This document shows, in pieces, positions 41,064 to 53,965 of a DNA stretch of 64,000 nucleotides; position 1 is the first letter of the stretch, and the number at the start of each line of letters is the position of its first letter. The notes beneath the pieces were generated by a model. That model ran no database searches and was not told the DNA's origin. It saw nothing but the letters and a program-made list of their open reading frames with translations. Location of the stretch: NCBI RefSeq assembly GCF_001194135.2, contig NC_068981.1, forward strand, positions 136,317,339 through 136,381,338, written 5' to 3'. The position numbers and the translations under genes were made by a program. The DNA comes from Octopus bimaculoides. Lineage: Eukaryota.

Positions 41064-41964
41064 TGGATACATTAAAAAAATGATTAGAAAAATATCCTGC
41101 ACTGAAGAGAAGCTGGATACCAGACCACATCATGTGATGAAATATAGAACAAGTCCTTCACACGATTGCCATGAACAGGCATGTGACTATTTAGGTGGCA
41201 AATGAGTAAATTAGTTATGGTTCATAGAAATATCAGGGCAAAGCTGGATAACAACACTGAACAAATCTGTAACTTCTGTTCAATAGGTGTATGGCTTGTG
41301 GCATATGAAAGAAATTAGTTATGGCTCTTGATATGAAATAGTCCTTAACAGATAGAACTATAGTTAACATAGCAACAACGACTTGACATTTCAAGTTCTA
41401 ACTCAAGCATCTAGTGGGAGACCACATTACTGATGCCTGGACAACTAATTCTCTCATCAAGAAAATAATAATTATAAGTACTTTGATGTTATTTACTGAC
41501 TCACCTTGTTTCCAATCTGTACATAAACTCTACTATTTGGGAATGTTACTAATTGTCTAATTTAAGGTTTCTCCAGTTGTGTGTGTGTCTCCCTCTCTCT
41601 GTTGTGTGTATATACTCTCTCTCACATACACACGACTGTGTGGTTGAGAAGCTTGGCATCTTGGGCAAATGTCTTCTATGGCACCAGACCAACAAAAAAT
41701 CTTATAGATTTGGTAGACAGAAACTGAAAGAAGCCCAGTATATATGTTTGTACATGTGAGTTGGTGTCCTGTTGTCTTGACATTGCAAGTAGTGTTCATT
41801 ATAACTAATTTTCTATAAAACATATGTTCAGCAACAGGAAGCGTGGGTATCTGGCCGTAGAAAATCTCATTCTGTCCAACTTATGCTAGCATGGAGAAAT
41901 GAACATTTAAAATGACCTTATGTATGTATATGTATTATATGCTTTTTTTCCTTTTCTTCTATAG

Positions 41965-42079
41965 TACATGAGATGGTCTGGAGTACGAAAGAATGTCCAG
42001 CACACAACTCTGGAGAAGGTCTTGGCTTTGGAGAATTCTGTGTATTTGTCAATGAGTTAGAGGAATATTATAAAAAAGG
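41965..42079 (+). CDS. Coding exon B; HEMVWSTKECPAHNSGEGLGFGEFCVFVNELEEYYKK(G), second EF-hand-like helix-loop-helix
   Basis: Acceptor ttttttccttttcttctatAG, donor GG|GTAAGC. 115 nt = 2+37 codons+2, phase-compatible with exons A and C. The joined peptide aligns by eye with the calmodulin-type pattern 'L..lt..ev.eMi...d....g.v.feEF'. Confidence 0.88.
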
Positions 42080-43245
42080 GTAAGCATTATTTTCTTATAT
42101 CAGATATAGCTACAGGGCAATGTACCATTTACTGATGCAAATTTTGCCCATGAGTACTTCAGAACTTTGATAATTTATTCTTTTGGTTTGATTCAACATT
42201 AACCCTTTGCTTCTCCACTGTATCATGTGATATGTCGGACATATTTCCCTGGTATGATATACATTCTCAGTTATTCCTTTCCTTTATTCAGTTACAAGAG
42301 TAACTAGAGAACCTATGAAAGGCAAGTTTTATATTACTCAGAACACACGAAGCAAGGAGTAACTAAAATTCTAAAAGTAAGCATGGATATTTAGGGCAAA
42401 CTTATGAGAGTATTTTGGACAAGTTAAGGGCTAATCTATCTGAACTCACAATTCCTTTTCTATTAGCTACAGAAGGTAGCTTACAAGGCATTAAATTATT
42501 TTTCTTTAGTGCTTTCTTTGTGTGCTCATTTGGTGCATGCAAGTGTGTTTGTGAGACAGAAAGATGTATAACCTTTACTCTTCATTTTAGAATAATCATG
42601 TACTCTGGAATTGAGTGAACTCTTTTAAACTAGTCATTTGAGTTTTTTGTTTCTCTTTTTTTTTTTTCTTTTTTAATTACTTGATGCTGTTTACTTTAAA
42701 ATGCTTAGATTCTGGTAATTAATGCTGTCATTACTAATCTAAATTAATGATGAATATAGAGTACGGTGATAATATTAAAGCCTTTTAAGTAGGTTGCAGG
42801 GCTTGTTGCTCTTAGTCTGAACCCTTGTCCTACTCATTTCTGTCTGTGCAATAACTTGATGTGGAAAGCACAATTGATCCAGAAGTTGACCATCTCTAAC
42901 TGCAATGTAAGGGTTTTCCTGAGTTTTAGTCCAATGAATTGCAGAAACAGGGTTTTCCAGGCCTTCCATTTCTATTTCATTTCTTTCTGAATTGCTTCAC
43001 AATATTTTGTTGATGTTTCTCAGAGCAGCATTTAAAATACTCACTATGCACATGCAAGAGAATGTATAGAAAGTGTTGTGTGTGTATATGTGTGTGTGTC
43101 CATTAGCTGTCTCCTACCTGCAAAGATTTTCATTCTAAAGAAATATATAAGGGTTGATGACAGGAAGGGCATCTGCTTCAGACTTCATCCAACCCATGCA
43201 AGCATGAAAAAGTGGATGTTAAAATGATGATACTTGACACTTCTC

Positions 43246-43635
43246 TCAAATTTCTTTGTCATCCATTCTATTGTGTATGCTAGATTTGTTTTTTATCAAC
43301 ACATCAAAGGGGATCCATTCACAAAATTAGTTCTGCCTGAAGTGTAAAGTAACATTTTCCTCTTGAATGCAATGCTTGTTTATTGTAGTGATGATCTTAG
43401 AAGATCTACTCATGGAGCTGCTAGTTAGTAGTTTTATAGCATCCTCTTATAATAGTTTCTTTTTAAACCCAAACTAAAGGATTACTATTATAGATATACT
43501 GTAGAGCAGGCATGGGCAACCATTTTCCATGTGCGGGCCGGATTAAGTTTTCTCACCAAAGTTTCAGGCCAAAGCCCTTATTACAGACTTACAAAATATG
43601 TATACAAGTGCTTATACAAGTATTTGCTTTATAAT
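43246..43635 (+). repeat. Inverted-repeat arm 2 (host flank, TSD and left end of the hAT element)
   Basis: Reverse complement of 40673-41063. The 2,182-bp spacer contains exon B. Confidence 0.95.
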
Positions 43636-45358
43636 ATAAAAAGGATATTAAAATAAGGGTAAGAAGAAAACAATTTATATAAAAACAAATGTAGTTGAAT
43701 CAGAAAAATAATTCATTCAAATAAGGAGAAAATTGCTATGAAACATTATTCTAATGGGATATTTGGGGTTGATGTTTCTTCAACATCTCGATGTTTGAAG
43801 AAATGCTAGAGGTAGCTACTCTCAAGTTAATTTCAAGATGATTATCAGTTATTCTTGATCTTGCTTTGGATTTAGTAGATTTCATATTTGAGAATAGCCG
43901 TTCACATTTATATGTGCTCCCAAAGGGTGACATTTTCTTTTTAGCAAAATCCACGATCAAGGGGAAATTTTCTCTAGGTAGGCTTTTATAAAAAACTCTA
44001 TTAGTGAATGATCTCCCATTTTAAATCTTCATTCCTTTGGAGTTCAATTAATTCCATCTGTAATTCCTTGGGAACCTGGTTAATATTGATATTAAAAGGT
44101 GAAGAAAATATACATTGATTTGTTTCTTGTGATTATCTTGAAATCTATTATTGAATTTTTCATTGATCAATTTTACCTCATCTGCATAAGAAGTACAATC
44201 AATTTTGCCATGAATTACCAATGTTGGGAAATGGAATGTATTACAATTTCTGAGCTGTTGTTCCCACAATTGCATTATGTTTTGAAATATTTTGATATGA
44301 CTGATGAATGAATTGGCCTTCTCCTTCTAATTTCAAATTAAGGTCATTAAGATATGAAATGAAGTCAACAAGAAAAGCAAGATCACATATCCAGCCATCA
44401 TCACTCAATTCAGACATAGACTTTCTTTTCATTTCCATGAATGTAAAAATTTCACTTCTCAGATCATAAAATAGTTTCAACATTTTTCCTTTGTTCAATC
44501 ATCGCACCTCACAATAGTACACCATATCTCCATACTCTGCCTCGATATCCTCAAGAAATTCTTTAAACTGGTGGTGGTTCAAAGCTCCAGATTTTATAAA
44601 ATCTTTACTTGAAACAACCTTGGACATGACCTGTTCAAATTTGAATGACTTGGCACACAAATTCGCCTGGTGAATTATGCAATGAAAAATGGATAAATCT
44701 TTTGTGTCTATATTCATAGAAGCCAATTCTGATCTGGTTTTAGAAACTAAGCCTGTTTTACAACCATCGCAGGAGCACCATCTGTTGATAAACCATGAAG
44801 GTTTTTGAAATGTAGATTAAATCTGGCCACTAACATTTTCAATTCTTGAAAAATATCCTCTCCAGTGGTGGTGTCTTTCATTCCGCGAAGACCAAGCATT
44901 TCTTCTGTGATATTTAAATCTTCATCAATTCCATGTACAAAATCTGCAAGTTGGGCTGTATTTGACACATCAATGCTCTCATCTTTAGCTACGGAAAAAT
45001 ATTTAAAACGCAAAGAAAGTTTTTGCAAGCCTAATTGTGTTGAGAGGACATAACCTTAAAGATCGAAAGGTAGCTACTCACTGACTAGTAGGGCTTATGA
45101 TGAGTTTCATTTTATTGCTGATGTTTCCTTCTCTTTTCCAGGGAAACATGAGTTTCACTTTCTCTATTTTGATTCTATGCATTTAGTCCTTTCACCTTTC
45201 CTAGAATTTTTGCTAAAGTGCATTCCACAAAAGCTTCTTTCATTTTTGCCTATTTACTCGGAGCCAGCTAGACTAGAAAATTAACCACTTCACGGCCATA
45301 CTGCTACAGGTCTCCATGCGCCAGATCAGGCCCGTGGGCCGTAGGTTGCCCATGCCTG
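43507..45358 (-). mobile_element. Non-autonomous (decayed, probably 5'-internally deleted) hAT DNA transposon, Buster/Charlie/SPIN type
   Basis: TIRs CAGGCATGGGCAAC (from 43507) and GTTGCCCATGCCTG (to 45358). Perfect 8-bp TSD CTGTAGAG at 43499-43506 and 45359-45366, with the central TA typical of Buster-type targets. Internal transposase remnants. Confidence 0.93.
43751..45028 (-). pseudogene. Fragmented hAT transposase (GTF2IRD2/EPM2AIP1-like)
   Basis: Consecutive minus-strand ORFs carry FSVAKDESIDVSNTAQL (D), LSTDGAPAM (D), FHCIIHQANLC (CxxH), YYCEVR* (RW turned into a stop) and FGSTYKCERLFS (E). Broken by stops and frameshifts. Confidence 0.9.
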
Positions 45359-45366
45359 CTGTAGAG

Positions 45367-45716
45367 TATCTTTCAGTCAGTGGACTGCAGCCATGCTGGT
45401 AGACTTCCTTGTAGGGTTTTACTCAAACAGATTGGCCCCAATTCTTACTTTTAAGTCGGGTACTTACACTCTTGGTTTTTATTGCCAAACCAAGTTTTAG
45501 GGGTGTAAACAAACCAGCACTGTCAAACAGTGAGTAGGGGACAACACATACACCCACATATTATACAATGGGCTTCCACAGTTTTCATCTATGAAATTCA
45601 CTCATAAGGTATTAGTCAGCTAAGAGCTATAGTAGGCACTTGTCCTAAGTGCCATGCAGTAGGACTGAATCCTAAACCATGTGGTTAGAAAATAAGCTTA
45701 ACCACACAGCCATGCC
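45367..45716 (-). mobile_element. SINE family A whose tail abuts the right TSD of the hAT element
   Basis: TTTCAGTCAGTGGACTGCAGCCATGCTGG ... ACCACACAGCCATGCC. Confidence 0.75.
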
Positions 45717-47005
45717 AATAGACAAGTACTATAGAATACCAATGTACTATAATAGCTATAGTAGTTAGGCGACTGGTAGGGTTATTACATCAGTAATTTA
45801 ATGTTAACTAAAGAGTGTAAAATCTCCTGGTTATACTTAAACTGAAGTAAATATAATGAAGTGCTTTCACTAAGAATGCAAAATACTGTCTTGACTGCAG
45901 AACATCAGTTTTAATCTATAGATTCTACCCACAAATAAGAATTAATTACAATAATATATGGGACAAGTACAGTGGAAACTGGTAGTCATTTCAAGTTGAT
46001 TTGTTTTAATTAAGCATTCATTTCATTACTAAAAATTAACATTAAAATTTTTCTTTCATCTGGCTGTTTCTAATTTCAAAAATGTTAAATCAATCAGGTT
46101 AAATTTTATTTTGTACCTGGAAATGTTATTTTTATCATTTCATTTTAACGTAAATTAATTTGCGATTGATCGATCTGTATATTCACTTGAGATGCTCTGT
46201 TTAAACAGTTGAAATGCTATGTTTAAACAAATCTAAATTATATACCAATAACTTTGTACTTAGCTGGGTATTTTTTTTCTTTTGAAAGTTTTGTATGCTC
46301 AAATATTGCTGCAGTATTTCCCAAATGTCTTCCTTCATTCCACAGAGAAACTAGAATTCTGTGTTTTGAATTAACGTTGAAACCACTTTGTGAATTTGTG
46401 GTGGATGTAACGTTACATATACTTTCCTGAGCGTTTTCTGCAAGAAATCAAAGAAAAGTATTTCCCTTGCTTAAGAAACCTAAAGAAAACCTAATCTCAA
46501 AAGTGCTTCAACTGGGATGAGATAAAAATGTTTGTGTGTCTGTTTGTTTAAATTCAGTTTCTTATTTACAGTTTGGATTAGTCATTTTTCTTTTTACAAA
46601 GAATCTTAAGTATTATCCAGTTTTTCTTCTCCCTTTCTCTTTATATATCTTTTTTTTGTTTTGTTTTGTTCTTTTTACACTCTTCTTGAGACCCATACTA
46701 TGAAATATTAGCTTTCTATCTTAATATAAACATTTCATCTCGGATGCTTTTGCTATATTGAGCTATTAATCACTATGGCAATAGGATTCGGTTTGTTGGA
46801 AAATTTGGTCAATAAAACCAGACATTAGCATTTACATTAGTTTTTCTTTTATTTTTTATGAAGTTAAAGTTTTGTTTTTATTCAGAAAGTAGATGTCACT
46901 TAGGACTAAAATATATACATATATTTTAATGTATTTTATATACATTCTTTTGAGTTTTTCTTCATATATGAATATTTGTAACTGTGTGTGTATGTGTATA
47001 TATAT

Positions 47006-47044
<39 letters not shown>

Positions 47045-47529
47045 NNNNNNNNNNNNNNNNNNNNNNNNNNNNNNNNNNNNNNNNNNNNNNNNNNNNNNNN
47101 NNNNNNNNNNNNNNNNNNNNNNNNNNNNNNNNNNNNNNNNNNNNNNNNNNNNNNNNNNNNNNNNNNNNNNNNNNNNNNNNNNNNNNNNNNNNNNNNNNNN
47201 NNNNNNNNNNNNNNNNNNNNNNNNTCTTAATTTATTGAAATAATATCTTTACAGAAAGAATGTTTTCTGGTTGTTTCTAAATTCTGTGTCGCTCAAGCAT
47301 AATGGCTCGTATGTCTTGAGGTAATGTAAAACAAGAATTATTGATAGATGTAGTGAATGGATAGCTTTTAGGTTTGTGAAATGAACAATAGCAGGAGTTA
47401 TACATCATTGTTTTGTGTCTACATTTCAGGCTGGCATGGATTGGCTGGATTGTCACAGTCAGTTCTTATTTGGAGTTACTGCTCTCCTAGATGGTGAAGG
47501 GATTGTGTTGTCCTTTATTTATTTTAGTA

Positions 47530-47563
<34 letters not shown>

Positions 47564-48708
47564 CTTGATGCCTTTTCTAATATCAACCATTTTAAATACT
47601 GGGTACATTTTATAGTGAGGCTTGTACTAGAAAGATGTTCCCAGTAAAACTGGAGTATACTCTGACTTACATTGATTCTTCATCATTATCATTGTTTAAC
47701 ATCTGTTTCCCATGCTGGCATGGGTTGGACTGTTTGACAGGAGCTGGCCAACCAGAGAGCTGTCCAGGTCCCAATTTCTTGTTTTGACATGATTTCTACT
47801 GCTGGATAAACTTGCTGGCATGTAAAAAGCTGGGTGCCATAAATCTGCATCCATAAATCTAGATAATCTTGTATGTTTCTATTTATCTAGAATGTAGTAC
47901 TTGAGTGATATTGCAAGGATTTCTCAGTGGCTGGGTGTTGGTTTAAAAACACTTTTGGTGCACCTACCTCAATAAAGAGACTTGATGGGTTAGAAATTGT
48001 TTCCTATCCAGGATTATTCCCTAGGGTTATCTCATTTTTACCCCTACTTCTAACTTTTAGTACCCTTAGGTTTTCAAACAGTTTGTGAGATTGGATAGTG
48101 TTAGAAGTTCAATGCGAATATGTTAAATGATAAAATAATTTCATAAGAGGAAGTGGTTAATATTTAAATAATATTTAATATTTCTACTTGATATTTTAAT
48201 ATAGATACTAAGAAGGGGGATTGGTATTTAAATACTCAAGAAAATGAAAATAAATTTTCTGGAGGAATGAATAGCTATTCAGTGTCTTCTCTTCAGAAAT
48301 GAAGTGGTTTTGATTGTGTAGAAGTGATTTGGATGGGATGATAATGTACTTAAAACTTATCTCTTCAAGATGGATGCCAGAAATAGTTACTTCAGTTCAT
48401 AAAAGCCAAACAGTGAAAATAAATATATCTTCTGTGTGAAAATATTTTCCATTCATTTTCCCATACTATGGGATGGATAAGTCCTTCATCATTTGGTACA
48501 CACAGCAACAAATAAAAGCTGAACATATTTGTGGTGTGTGTCAGATATTTGGTATGGTTTCAATTAATAGTAGCAGTCTACACTGTAGAATGGATTATAA
48601 GAGAAAGTTTGTCTGCGACTGGATGAGAGTCCTCTCGACTTTGCATCAGTAATTTTTTTATTCAGAATTACTATCGTCCTGGATTGTTGTTTGCACTAGG
48701 CTAAGGTT

Positions 48709-48763
48709 TGCCTTCTCTCTTTCTCTCCCTCCCTCTCTTTCTCTCCCTCCCTCTCTTTCTCTC
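48709..48763. repeat. 18-bp pyrimidine minisatellite CTCTCTTTCTCTCCCTCC running into a gap
   Basis: Direct reading. Confidence 0.85.
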
Positions 48764-49689
48764 NNNNNNNNNNNNNNNNNNNNNNNNNNNNNNNNNNNNN
48801 NNNNNNNNNNNNNNNNNNNNNNNNNNNNNNNNNNNNNNNNNNNNNNNNNNNNNNNNNNNNNNNNNNNNNNNNNNNNNNNNNNNNNNNNNNNNNNNNNNNN
48901 NNNNNNNNNNNNNNNNNNNNNNNNNNNNNNNNNNNNNNNNNNNNNNNNNNNNNNNNNNNNNNNNNNNNNNNNNNNNNNNNNNNNNNNNNNNNNNNNNNNN
49001 NNNNNNNNNNNNNNNNNNNNNNNNNNNNNNNNNNNNNNNNNNNNNNNNNNNNNNNNNNNNNNNNNNNNNNNNNNNNNNNNNNNNNNNNNNNNNNNNNNNN
49101 NNNNNNNNNNNNNNNNNNNNNNNNNNNNNNNNNNNNNNNNNNNNNNNNNNNNNNNNNNNNNNNNNNNNNNNNNNNNNNNNNNNNNNNNNNNNNNNNNNNN
49201 NNNNNNNNNNNNNNNNNNNNNNNNNNNNNNNNNNNNNNNNNNNNNNNNNNNNNNNNNNNNNNNNNNNNNNNNNNNNNNNNNNNNNNNNNNNNNNNNNNNN
49301 NNNNNNNNNNNNNNNNNNNNNNNNNNNNNNNNNNNNNNNNNNNNNNNNNNNNNNNNNNNNNNNNNNNNNNNNNNNNNNNNNNNNNNNNNNNNNNNNNNNN
49401 NNNNNNNNNNNNNNNNNNNNNNNNNNNNNNNNNNNNNNNNNNNNNNNNNNNNNNNNNNNNNNNNNNNNNNNNNNNNNNNNNNNNNNNNNNNNNNNNNNNN
49501 NNNNNNNNNNNNNNNNNNNNNNNNNNNNNNNNCATTTCTGGAATCCTATTCCGTAAACAATAAAAATGAAAACTTTTTGTTTACGGTTTTGCGGTAATAT
49601 GGATTCACTTGGATAAAAGTATTGGTAATTTCTCCAATCTTGTGGTAGCCCAAGAAAAGTTGGCGTAAAGGGCTCTGTCCAACTAGACA

Positions 49690-50565
49690 TTTGTACGTAG
49701 TTCAACAGGTGACCAAGTCAGTAGCAAAGGTGGACGCTCAGAGAGCATAACTGTGAGAATAGGCTGGGCAAAGTTCAGAGTGCTCCTACCTCTGTTGGCA
49801 ACAAAGAGCCTCTCCTTCAGAGTGAAAGCAGACTGTATGAGGCCTGTGTGTGTGTGAACAGCAATGCTACATAGCAGTGAAACATGGACTGGGACCGTTG
49901 TTGACATGTGTAGGCTTGTAAGAAATGGAGCTAGAATGCTTCGCTGAATGTGCAATGTCAGTGTACATGTACGGCAGTGTAAGCATCTTGAGAGAAGTTG
50001 GGCATAAGAGACATCAAATGTGGTGTTCAAGAGAGACGACTGCGCTAGTATGGTTATGTGATGCGTACGAATGCTGATTTCTAACTATAGAGGGAACCTG
50101 TGGAAGAGGCAAACCCAGGAAGACATGGGACGAGGTGGTGAAGCATGATCTTCAAATTTTGGGCCTCGTGACAATAACTACTGACCAAGACCTTTGGTGA
50201 TGTGCCATACTGGAGAAGACTTGTCAAGCCAAGTGAAATCAGTTCTGGCTGATGCGAGTGTCACGTAACTGGCACCCATGCTAGTGGTACACAAAAACCA
50301 CCTTTTAAACGCTGGGCTTCATGGCAGCAATGATAAATAACCGAGACCTTTGGCAGCATGCTGTGCTTGAGTAGAAGACCCATTAAGCTTCATAGTCATG
50401 GCACATACTGGTGTTACATAAAAGCACCCATTACACTTTAGTGGTTGACGTTAGGAAAGGCATCCAGCCATAGAAATCATGCCAAATCGGACTGCAGTCT
50501 AGTGCAACCCTGGTCAAACTATACAACCCATGCCAGCATGGATAATGGCTGTTAAATGATGAAGA
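49690..50565 (+). mobile_element. 5'-truncated, degenerate RTE-clade LINE (end of ORF2 plus 3' UTR)
   Basis: Conceptual translation gives RIGWAKFRVLLPLL, MLHSSETW, RRLR*YGYVMR and EGTCGRGKPRKTWDEVVKHDL. The 3' end AGGAAAGGCATCCAGCC...CAACCCATGCCAGCATGG...TTAAATGATGA is shared with many short fragments in the window. Confidence 0.85.
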
Positions 50566-52233
50566 TAAATGAGACTTGTTATATTTCAAGGTTAAATTGA
50601 TTACACAAAGCAATGTTACCTTTGCTTTATTAACTATCACTGTACTAAATTTTTGCTGGTGATATAACACACTAACCCTACACAAATCAATTCTCATAAC
50701 CTCTTTTTTATTGCCCCAGTAAAAATATTATGTTCATACATCATATGAAATGTGGAAAATTCTGGAAAGTATCCCACCATTAAAACCCAATTAATTTGGT
50801 TCCTGTGTCTCAAGTGCACAGAGTATACTTGGTTCCCACACAATAAAGGTTAATACTAGCAATTTCCTAATTATAGAAGTAATTATGTTTTTGATAAGTA
50901 ATGTCTTGCAGCTGTAGGTGATCTGACAACACAGACTCGGGTTTTAGCTGTGACAGTCCTGTTTTTTTAATATTGTAGTGTGTTGAGGGAAATTTTTGTC
51001 TATTTCTAGCAGGTTGAGCAACTGGTTAGAAGCTTTCTCATTGGCTTGTTAATGTCTACAGTAAAATAGGAATACTAGAAACAAGCATTTTTTTTCTTTT
51101 GTACTTTATCTTTCCAGATAATTGTTTTAATTATCACTAGGTCACACCCTGATCAAGTAGATTTATGATCAAAGCATTTCCATGATAATCAATACAATAA
51201 ATTCGAATCCTTCAGCTAGTTGTCTCTTAAGTTACATTATTCTGTCTAGCACTACACATTTACATAGTTTCCTCTCAGCTGTATTAAAAAAACATCCCAC
51301 TTTTAAAAATTACTTTTCACAATTGCATCATCTAAAGCATCCTTGCTTTCCTAAGATAAGGAGAGATTTGGCCTATATTTCTAGCAGGTTGAGCAGTCAT
51401 ATAAAGGTCTTTGTTATTTCCAGATCAACCTTGATTGAAGACTTTTGCAGCCATGGTTATTCCAATTGCTACCATTCTATAGTTTTTTCTTCATATATAG
51501 CACAACAGACTTCATTTCTAATGTTAGTTCTTTTGTGATTCAGGGTGTAACTTTGGGGATATTTGCTTGCTACTTCTAGTATGTTGGATTCCTACACTGA
51601 CTTTTCTTTATTTGTTGATACCAACATCTGTTGATAGGGGTTTCATTTTCAACAAGTTCAGATCATTAAAAAATAAAGTAGTATCAAGTTTCTATAAATG
51701 TAAGTTGTTTTCCAGCAGTTGACTAATTTGATTTTTAGAGTTAACGAAACTGTATCTAACTCTTGCTTATAAAAGGACATTTAGACCACACTGGCTATAT
51801 AAATCTTTTTTATAGTTGCAAGTTGATTTATTTGCAACATAACCCAATATTAATTTGTTATATTAATTTGAATAAAACCTTTCATAGTGTTTTATTAATT
51901 TGAATAAAGCCTTTGTGTATAAGCTGATGATTAATTGCTATTCAATTTAACAGAAAAATTGTTGGAGTAGTGCTAATAGTGTTTTTAAATGAGTTATTAT
52001 AGTAACACAAGGAAACGTTAACATTGATTTGAGAAGCTGCCTAGGAATATTATGAGTCAACTATATTTTTATTGACTGGTTTAAAAAAATGGGATGGGAT
52101 TTGATAAGGGAATAATTGTGAAACATAATCCATTGTCCAGTTTGACACCACCACCTTCCACTTAGATGTTTCTTTAACAAAATGTGTGCAGCTTATTTGT
52201 GAGTGTATACAAATGTGAGTGAAAATATGTATA

Positions 52234-52435
52234 CAGTAATCCCTCACCATATCTCGGTTCACCTATCGCAGTTTATTATTTAAGCTTGTGTCAGTTCCTC
52301 TGTGGTGTTTTGCATTTATAATAATATATAAAAAAATTATAAAAATGTACAGCACAGTACTGTTTCTACTTCATGGATTTTCACTTATCGTGGGGGTTTT
52401 TTGGAACATAACACAGGATAGTTGAAGGATTACTG
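52234..52435. mobile_element. pogo/Tigger-like (Tc1-mariner) MITE
   Basis: Ends TA|CAGTAATCCCTC ... GAAGGATTACTG|CA: Tigger-like CAGT termini and a TA target, mutated on the right. Confidence 0.7.
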
Positions 52436-52552
52436 CATACACATGAGACTTTTCCACTTGTACACTTACAATACTTCACTCATATCTACATACTTTTAAC
52501 CCACTCATATAGATTCAAGTACCATTAATGTCTTATGAATATTTCCTTGCAG

Positions 52553-52626
52553 GCAGGATGGTTTAAAAGCTGTGAAAGAAATTCAAAAGTGTCAAAAAGC
52601 TGAGAAAACAAAATACAAAGATCAAG
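52553..52626 (+). CDS. Coding exon C; QDGLKAVKEIQKCQKAEKTKYKDQ
   Basis: Acceptor atatttccttgcAG, donor AG|GTAAGG. 74 nt = 1+24 codons+1. GG|G gives Gly in frame with exon B. Confidence 0.8.
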
Positions 52627-53194
52627 GTAAGGCTTTTTATTTTAAAATAAATAAAATAAACATATTCAATGTATGTAGCAGTAAAAAGCAAATTGGAATT
52701 ACATACTGAAAAAAAAAGAAAGATGGTATCAGTCTATTTTCATTTTTCTGACAAGTTGATTTTAGACATGTTTTAGTTTTATTGTAACCTCTTCACTCTA
52801 CTACACAAGCTATAATGACAATGAAATAATCAGTAAATTTTATGAAGGATGTGCTATAGCTGAAAAAATGTGTAATGGGTATATGTACTGTGGCTGTATA
52901 CCACATTGCATGGCAAAGCTGTGTCGATATGCATCAGAGGTACCAGTTTTTGTGTGCAAAAGAAGACTCCACTGGTATGGACATACTACCTATGAAGCTT
53001 GACAGTTGGGGGGAAAAGTGTCAATTGATCTTCTGCAGAAGAGGAAGGTTTAGGAAGGACTTGTAAAAGGCTGATTTCAAGATGTGAATCTCCTAAGAAA
53101 AATTATCAGGGACTGTAAGAAGTGGCAAGATGATTGCTGAAGATACACACATTGAAAAAATGGTCTAAAAATAAATTAGTATTTTTTTTTTCTA

Positions 53195-53468
53195 TTCTTT
53201 TACTTGTTTTAGTCATTTGACTGTGGCCAAGCTGCAGCATCACCTTTAGTCGAATAAATGAACCCCAGGACGTATTCTTTGTAAGCCTAGTACTTATTCT
53301 CAGTCTCTTTTTACTGAACTTCTAAGTTATGGGGACATAAACACCAACATTGGTTGTCAAGTGATGATGGGAACACACATACTCGCAAGTATGCGTACAA
53401 GTACATGCGTGCACACACATGCAAGTACATGCACACACACATGCACAAGTACATACGCATACACACAT

Positions 53469-53499
<31 letters not shown>

Positions 53500-53965
53500 T
53501 GATGAGCTTTCAGTTTCCATTTACCAAATCCACTCATAAGGCTTTCGTCAGCCTGAGGCTGTAGTGGAAGACACTTACCCAAGGTGCCACGCTGTGGGTC
53601 TGAACCCAGAACCATGTGGTTGGGAAGCAAGTTTCTTACCACACAGCCACTCCTGTGCCTAAAAATCTATAGTCATATAGATTGTTTTTTCTATCTTGTC
53701 ATATGCTGGGTCACTGCCTCCAAGAATTTTTAGTTGATTGAATCAACCCCAGTACTTATTTCAAGTGTGGTACTTATTCTATCAGTTTCTTTTCCTAAAC
53801 CACTAAGTTATGGAGACATAAACACACCAACACTGGTTGTCAAGTAGTGATGGCACATGCTTCTTCAGTTTCCATTTACCATATCACTCAAAGCTTTGGT
53901 CAGCCCATAGCTATAGTAAAAGATACTTGCCTAAAGCACCAAGCAGTAGGACTGAACTCAGAACC
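53195..53965 (-). mobile_element. Two tandem SINE family-A copies (53195-53660, 53690-53965)
   Basis: Same motifs as 21583-21948; the first has an expanded (CA/CATG) centre. Confidence 0.8.

Noticed and set aside
42199-42434. Possible piggyBac-like MITE (TTAACCCTT…AAGGGCTAA) just after exon B
   Set aside because: The TIR match is only about 9 nt with a mismatch; indistinguishable from chance.
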